Shown: positions 58,983 to 64,000 of the stretch, piece by piece
Layout: every line of letters begins with the position of its first letter
How positions within the stretch are numbered: the first letter of the stretch is position 1
Source: Myxococcota bacterium
GTDB taxonomy: Bacteria; Myxococcota_A; UBA9160; SZUA-336
Direction: 5' to 3'
DNA length: 64,000 bases
Assembly (NCBI GenBank): GCA_965247115.1
Contig: CBDFGR010000002.1
Location: 1,498,669 to 1,562,668 of the forward strand
The notes under the pieces: model-generated
Database searches by the model: none
What the model saw: the letters and a program-made list of their open reading frames with translations, nothing else
Told to the model about the DNA's origin: nothing
Made by a program: the position numbers and the translations under genes

Positions 58983-59602
58983 TCCCGCGCCTCTGCTACA
59001 TCACAGATGCCGAGCGAGGGACCGGCGGGCGCCCGCTGGCACAAGTGCTGAAGGACTCGGCCCGCGGCGGAGTGGAGCTCGTGGTGCTGAGAGAGCCCCA
59101 GCTAGAGGGCAGCGAATGGGAGGCTCTCTTGCAGCAGATCGCCCCGCTGCGCGAGGAGGGGCTCAGAGTGGTCGCCAGTCGCCGCTTGGACGTGGCTAGA
59201 GCCTGCGAGCTGGATGGCGTCCACCTGGCGGCCGACGCGATCAGCGTAGCCGAGGCTCGCGCCTGGCTGGGGCCGGGGGCCCTGATCGGATATTCGGCCC
59301 ACTCGGGCAGCGAGGCTCGCGACGCTGCCGCCGCCGGCGCAAGCTATGTGACACTTTCGCCGATCTACCAGACAGCGTCCAAACCCGGGACTGCCGGTCG
59401 GGGCTGCGCCTGGCTGGCGCAAGAGCTGCGGGAGGTGGAACTTCCCGTACTCGCACTCGGCGGCCTGACACCGGAACGCACACCGGAGGTGCTGGAGGCC
59501 GGAGCCTGGGGCGTCGCGGCAGTGTCCGCGATCGGCGCGGCTCCGGACGTCAGGGCGGCCGTCGGTGAATTTCAGAACGCACTCAAGGAGAACGCACCAT
59601 GA
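58979..59602 (+). CDS. thiE: thiamine-phosphate synthase
   Basis: 207 aa, GTG start; ...LCYITD...VLALGGL... TMP-synthase pattern; follows thiG. Confidence 0.85.
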   Translation: MIPRLCYITDAERGTGGRPLAQVLKDSARGGVELVVLREPQLEGSEWEALLQQIAPLREEGLRVVASRRLDVARACELDGVHLAADAISVAEARAWLGPGALIGYSAHSGSEARDAAAAGASYVTLSPIYQTASKPGTAGRGCAWLAQELREVELPVLALGGLTPERTPEVLEAGAWGVAAVSAIGAAPDVRAAVGEFQNALKENAP

Positions 59603-61053
59603 CTCGCGCCTCACTCCTCGTACCGTTCGTCGCGAGCTTGGTCGGCTGCACAAGCCTGCCGAGCGCGCTCGCGAACGATCCGCTGGAGGCCCTGCAGACC
59701 CGGGTCATCGACGTCAACCACGCGGCGAGCCCCTCCGTCGTCCACATCGAGGCGGCGCTCAAGGTCAACAACCGGCGCAAGCTGGTGACAGGCTCCGGCT
59801 TCATTACCCATCCCGAGGGCATCGTGGTGACAAACGAGCACGTGGTCGAGCGGGCGCAGAAGGTCACCGTCCTGGTTCCTGGACGCGAGGGTCGCTATGC
59901 GGCGCAGGTCGTGGGAACGGACAAGCAGACGGACCTCGCGGTCCTGCGCATCGAGCCGCGCGAGGGGGAGCCGCCTTTCGCCGCAGCCGCACTCGGTGAC
60001 TCCGACCAGCTGCGCGTTGGGGAGTGGGTGATCGCGATCGGAAATCCCTACGGGCTGGAAGGGACGGTCTCGCTTGGGATCGTGTCGGCCAAGGGCCGGG
60101 ATCTGAAAGAAGGGAATCTGCTGAACGACTTCATCCAGACGGACGCCATGATCGATCACGGCTCGTCGGGCGGACCTTTGCTCGATCTGGACGGGCTGGT
60201 CGTAGGCGTGAATTCCCGCGGCCAGGGTCGCGGCATCGGCTTCACCATCCCCATCAACACGGCCAAGCAGGTCGCGGCCGATCTGCTGGGCGAGGGGCGC
60301 ATCGCGCGCGGCTATCTCGGCGTGTCCATTCAGCCGCTCGATCGCGAGCTCGCCCGCTACTGGGGCATCGAGCAGATCCACGGCGTGATCGTCGGCGCGG
60401 TGACGCACCAATCGCCTGCCCAGAATGCCGGGCTCCACGTGGGCGACATCATCACGCGCTTCGACGGCGAGGAGATCCGCGCGGAGAAGGACGAGGACAT
60501 GGGCCAGTTCCAGCGCCTGATCGCGGCCATGCAGGCGGGGGAGGAGGTCGCGATCGACGTATTGCGCGGTGGTGAGCACAAGACCGTTACCGCGACGCTG
60601 AGCGCCCAGCCCAAGGTCGTACCCGATGAGGAAGAGACCGAGCTCGGCTTCACCGCCCAGGAGGTGACCGAGATCCTCTATCGATCCCACCGTCTCGAGC
60701 AACGCTCCGGGGTGCTCTGCTCCTTCGTCGAGCGCGGCTCGGAGGCGGCTGAGGCGGGCATGGCACCTGGAGACCTGATCGTGGAGGTCGAGGGGGTCGA
60801 GATCCGCGACATCGAGGAGTTCCGGCAGGCGATGAGGGACCTGCGTCCTGGCACTCCGTTCCTGATCCGGGCGCTGCGTGGCGACAACATGCGGTACATG
60901 CTGGTCGTGCCGCGTTCCGGCGACTTCCGGGCCGCAAGCGCGAGACCCGAGCGGCAGCTTGCGCGCAAGATCGATGTGCGAGCCAGAGACGAGGGCGGGG
61001 AGGGAACAGATCTTGCGCAGTCATCCTCTGAAGGCAGGCGGATCACCAAATAG
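59599..61053 (+). CDS. HtrA/DegP family periplasmic serine protease with PDZ domains (paralog 1)
   Basis: 484 aa; signal/lipoprotein-like N-terminus; ...VVTNEHVV..., ...DLAVL..., ...GSSGGPL catalytic triad context; PDZ region. Confidence 0.9.
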   Translation: MTRASLLVPFVASLVGCTSLPSALANDPLEALQTRVIDVNHAASPSVVHIEAALKVNNRRKLVTGSGFITHPEGIVVTNEHVVERAQKVTVLVPGREGRYAAQVVGTDKQTDLAVLRIEPREGEPPFAAAALGDSDQLRVGEWVIAIGNPYGLEGTVSLGIVSAKGRDLKEGNLLNDFIQTDAMIDHGSSGGPLLDLDGLVVGVNSRGQGRGIGFTIPINTAKQVAADLLGEGRIARGYLGVSIQPLDRELARYWGIEQIHGVIVGAVTHQSPAQNAGLHVGDIITRFDGEEIRAEKDEDMGQFQRLIAAMQAGEEVAIDVLRGGEHKTVTATLSAQPKVVPDEEETELGFTAQEVTEILYRSHRLEQRSGVLCSFVERGSEAAEAGMAPGDLIVEVEGVEIRDIEEFRQAMRDLRPGTPFLIRALRGDNMRYMLVVPRSGDFRAASARPERQLARKIDVRARDEGGEGTDLAQSSSEGRRITK

Positions 61054-61087
61054 GGCGGCGGAGCCCGCCGTCAAAGGGACTGGCCCG

Positions 61088-62443
61088 ATGAAGAGCACCC
61101 TACTCGCTTGGGTCGTCCTTCCGATCCTCGCGATCGGGAGCACGGCTGTAGCCGACGTCGACACGCGCCGCACCCCCATTGTGAAGGCCGTAGAGCGCGT
61201 TGGCCCAGCCACAGTGAACATCACCTCGACCCAGGAGGTGCGCCAGCGGGCCAATCCCTTCTTCAGCTCGGACCCGTTCATCGAGAAGTTCTTCGGCACC
61301 TTCCTCGATCCCCGGCGCCGAACGGTCAGCAGCCTGGGTACCGGCCTCATCATCGGGCCAGAGGGCCAGGTGCTGACGAACGAGCACGTCCTGGCCGGCG
61401 CGACACAGATCCACGTCGTGCTCGCCGACGGGCGCGAGTTCGACGCCGAGCTCATCGGCGCGGACCCGGAGACGGACCTCGCGGTCGTGCAGATCAGCGC
61501 GGACGAGCCGCTGCCCTTCGTGGAGCTCGGGAGCTCGGAGGATCTGCTGATTGGCGAGACCGTGATCGCGATCGGGAACCCTTTCGGCCTGCACCACACG
61601 GTAACAACCGGCGTGCTCTCAGCGGAGAACCGCTCGATCCGCGCGGGCGACCGCGAGTACCACGGGTTCCTGCAGACCGACGCAAGTATCAACCCAGGGA
61701 ACTCGGGCGGACCGCTGCTCAACATCGACGGCGACGTGATCGCCATCAATACCGCCATCTTTCGCGAGGCGGAGGGAATCGGCTTTGCCATCCCGATAGA
61801 CAGGGCGAAGCGGGTCGTCGACGACCTCTTGACCCACGGCGAGGTCATTCCGGTCTGGCTGGGCCTTCGCCTGCAAGACCTCACCCAGAGCCTCCGCGAC
61901 GCGTTCACTGCCCGCGCGACGGGCGGCGTCCTGATTACGCACGTCTTCGCTGACTCCCCCGCGCAGCGCGCGAAGCTGCGCCGTGGCGACATCCTGCTCG
62001 AGCTGGATGGGACGAAGATCGGCACCGCGCGCAACTACTTCGAGGTCCTGGCCGGGCTGACCGATGGGGACCGCGCCGAGCTCGTGATCGACCGCGGGGG
62101 AGATCAACATCGGCAGGAGACGCACGCTGAGATCTTTCCGGAGAGCAGGGCCGACGAGCTGGCTCAGATCCTTCTCGGTGTGGAAGTTGCGGAGATAGAC
62201 AGTGAGCCGGGGGCCCGCCGCCGGGGCAACCGCGGCCTCGTAGTGCGGCGTGTCATCCCCCGTAGCTCAGCGGATTACAAGAGGATTCGACCAGGCGATG
62301 TGATCCTGAAGATCGACCAGGACCCGGTCGAGGATCGTGTTGCCTTTCGCAAGGCGATTACTAAGCTTCGCGGACGTGGACAGGTGCTCCTTCTCGTCCA
62401 GCGCGAGCGCTATGGCTACTACGTGACCCTGGATCTGTCCTAG
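61088..62443 (+). CDS. HtrA/DegP family serine protease (paralog 2)
   Basis: ATG at 61088; MKSTLLAWVVLPILAIG signal peptide; ...VLTNEHVL..., ...DLAVV..., ...GNSGGPL... Confidence 0.9.
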   Translation: MKSTLLAWVVLPILAIGSTAVADVDTRRTPIVKAVERVGPATVNITSTQEVRQRANPFFSSDPFIEKFFGTFLDPRRRTVSSLGTGLIIGPEGQVLTNEHVLAGATQIHVVLADGREFDAELIGADPETDLAVVQISADEPLPFVELGSSEDLLIGETVIAIGNPFGLHHTVTTGVLSAENRSIRAGDREYHGFLQTDASINPGNSGGPLLNIDGDVIAINTAIFREAEGIGFAIPIDRAKRVVDDLLTHGEVIPVWLGLRLQDLTQSLRDAFTARATGGVLITHVFADSPAQRAKLRRGDILLELDGTKIGTARNYFEVLAGLTDGDRAELVIDRGGDQHRQETHAEIFPESRADELAQILLGVEVAEIDSEPGARRRGNRGLVVRRVIPRSSADYKRIRPGDVILKIDQDPVEDRVAFRKAITKLRGRGQVLLLVQRERYGYYVTLDLS

Positions 62444-62462
62444 ACCGCAGGAGAGGAATTCG

Positions 62463-63911
62463 ATGAGACACGGCAAGGTTCTGGCGGCGATCGGCTTCGC
62501 GTTTGGGGGATTGCTGATCCTCACCCAACCGCTGGGCCTGGAGCTGCGGCTGAGCGAAAAGAGTGCCCACGCCCGCGTCGCGGGCGACGCCTTCTGGACG
62601 GACGGACAACCCGGCCCCACGCTCGGCAGGCCCGACTCGGTGGCGGATCTGGCCGAGGCCCTGTCTCCCGCGGTCGTGAACATCAAAACGGAGCGGAAGA
62701 GCAGCGCTCGCAGTCCCGACATCTTCGAGGAGTTCTTCGGGCGCCGCCGTCCTCGGGGAGGACCGCCTCCACAGTTCCGCACCGACGCGACGGGCTCGGG
62801 CTTCGTAATCTCCGAGGACGGCTACATCGTGACGAACAACCACGTGGTGGAGGGAGCCGACAAGATCGTTGTGGTGCTGGACAACGGAGAGGAGCTCGAT
62901 GCGGAGATCGTCGGTCGTGACCCGGAGACGGACCTGGCGTTGCTCAAGATAGACGCCGATCACGAGCTCAACGTCGCACCGCTAGGTGACTCCGACGCCA
63001 TCCGCGTCGGCGATTGGCTCATGGCGATCGGCAATCCCTTCGGACTCGATCACACGGTTACCCTCGGCATCCTGTCCGCGCGCGGCCGCAACATCAACGC
63101 AGGAAGGTACGACGACTTCCTGCAGACCGACGCGAGCATAAATCCTGGCAACTCGGGTGGACCGCTGTTCGACATGCGCGGGCGCGTGATCGGGATCAAC
63201 ACGGCAATCAACCAGAACGGTCAGGGCATCGGCTTTGCCATCCCGATCAACATGGCGAAGGATCTGCTCCCTCAGCTGCGCGCCGTGGGCGCGGTGACGC
63301 GAGGCTGGCTCGGTGTGCAGATTCAGCGCGTGAACCCGGCCCTGGCGAAGAGCTTCGGGCTCGATGAGCCGCGCGGCGCCCTCATCTCCATGGTCTTCGA
63401 GGACGGGCCGGCGGACAAGGCCCGGATCAAGCGCGGCGACGTGATCGTCGAGTTCGACGGCTCCGCGATCGACGAGTTCAACGACCTTCCGAGAATCGTG
63501 GCGAATACCGCTCCCGAGAGCGAGGTCTCGGTCAAGGTGCTGCGCGACGGTAAGGCCAAGACCCTCAAGGCAAGGCTCGGCAAGCTGGAGGAGGACCAGG
63601 TCCAGCTGGCATCGACCGAGCGCCACGATTCCGAGTGGGGCTTCGAGGTGGAGGCCCTGACCAGCGACATCGTGGAGAGGCTCGATCTGGACAAGGACCT
63701 GTCCGGCGTCCTGGTAACGGGCGTCGATCCCGAGTCAGGTGCCTACGATGAGGGGCTGCGCCAGGGCGACATCATTCTCGAGGTGAACCGCACCGAGGTC
63801 TCCCGGCCCGACCAGGTGACCCGGGCGCTCGAGAAGGAAGACGAGCACGCCGTGCTTCTCGTGCAGCGAGGCGAGGCGACGCTGTATCTCGCGATCGAGC
63901 GGGAGCGGTAG
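62463..63911 (+). CDS. HtrA/DegP family serine protease with two PDZ domains (paralog 3)
   Basis: 482 aa; ...IVTNNHVV..., ...DLALL..., ...GNSGGPL...; two PDZ-like C-terminal regions. Confidence 0.9.
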   Translation: MRHGKVLAAIGFAFGGLLILTQPLGLELRLSEKSAHARVAGDAFWTDGQPGPTLGRPDSVADLAEALSPAVVNIKTERKSSARSPDIFEEFFGRRRPRGGPPPQFRTDATGSGFVISEDGYIVTNNHVVEGADKIVVVLDNGEELDAEIVGRDPETDLALLKIDADHELNVAPLGDSDAIRVGDWLMAIGNPFGLDHTVTLGILSARGRNINAGRYDDFLQTDASINPGNSGGPLFDMRGRVIGINTAINQNGQGIGFAIPINMAKDLLPQLRAVGAVTRGWLGVQIQRVNPALAKSFGLDEPRGALISMVFEDGPADKARIKRGDVIVEFDGSAIDEFNDLPRIVANTAPESEVSVKVLRDGKAKTLKARLGKLEEDQVQLASTERHDSEWGFEVEALTSDIVERLDLDKDLSGVLVTGVDPESGAYDEGLRQGDIILEVNRTEVSRPDQVTRALEKEDEHAVLLVQRGEATLYLAIERER

Positions 63912-63914
63912 GGC

Positions 63915-64000
63915 TCAGCGCGCAATCAGCAGTCGGATCCGATTGCCTGCCTTCTCGGAGTGGTCGGCGAGGTCCCCGATCCACCCAATGATTTGGTACC
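63915..64000 (-). CDS. partial CDS (C-terminal 27 codons only), possibly a PhoU-like domain protein
   Basis: Reverse translation of window end: ...YQIIGWIGDLADHSEKAGNRIRLLIAR*; weak resemblance to the PhoU IGDHA motif; N-terminus beyond window. Confidence 0.25.
   Translation of the reverse strand, partial: YQIIGWIGDLADHSEKAGNRIRLLIAR

Overview
GC-rich (roughly 70% by eye) bacterial chromosomal window. The gene content, including two sigma-54 enhancer-binding response regulators, suggests a Myxococcota-like deltaproteobacterial genome, but that is inference only. I call about 65 protein-coding genes, mostly housekeeping: pncB, korAB (2-oxoglutarate:ferredoxin oxidoreductase), glyQS, aspS, valS, argG/argF/argB, the dprA-trmFO-xerC-hslVU block, ligA, the rpsP-rimM-trmD-rplS operon, purD, alr, thiSGE and three tandem HtrA/DegP proteases. 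No rRNA, tRNA or CRISPR array was seen. All protein calls rest on motif recognition by eye in the supplied translations; no database search was run. Things that stand out: (1) a selenoprotein W-like gene with an in-frame UGA that stop-to-stop ORF calling misses; (2) a ~90-bp GC-rich multi-hairpin repeat family at 8 loci (about 13 units), mostly placed directly 3' of stop codons, including three in-frame tandem copies inside purD; (3) a Y1/HUH (IS200-like) transposase gene beside a frameshifted DDE transposase remnant; (4) a 42-codon pncA remnant after intact pncB; (5) an uncharacterised three-gene module (double zinc-ribbon protein, small protein, SPFH/band-7 protein with three C-terminal zinc ribbons), which is my best candidate for a poorly described system; (6) a lid-less Hsp70 with a dedicated J-domain/TPR partner. 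Coordinates of starts are approximate where the start codon is non-ATG.
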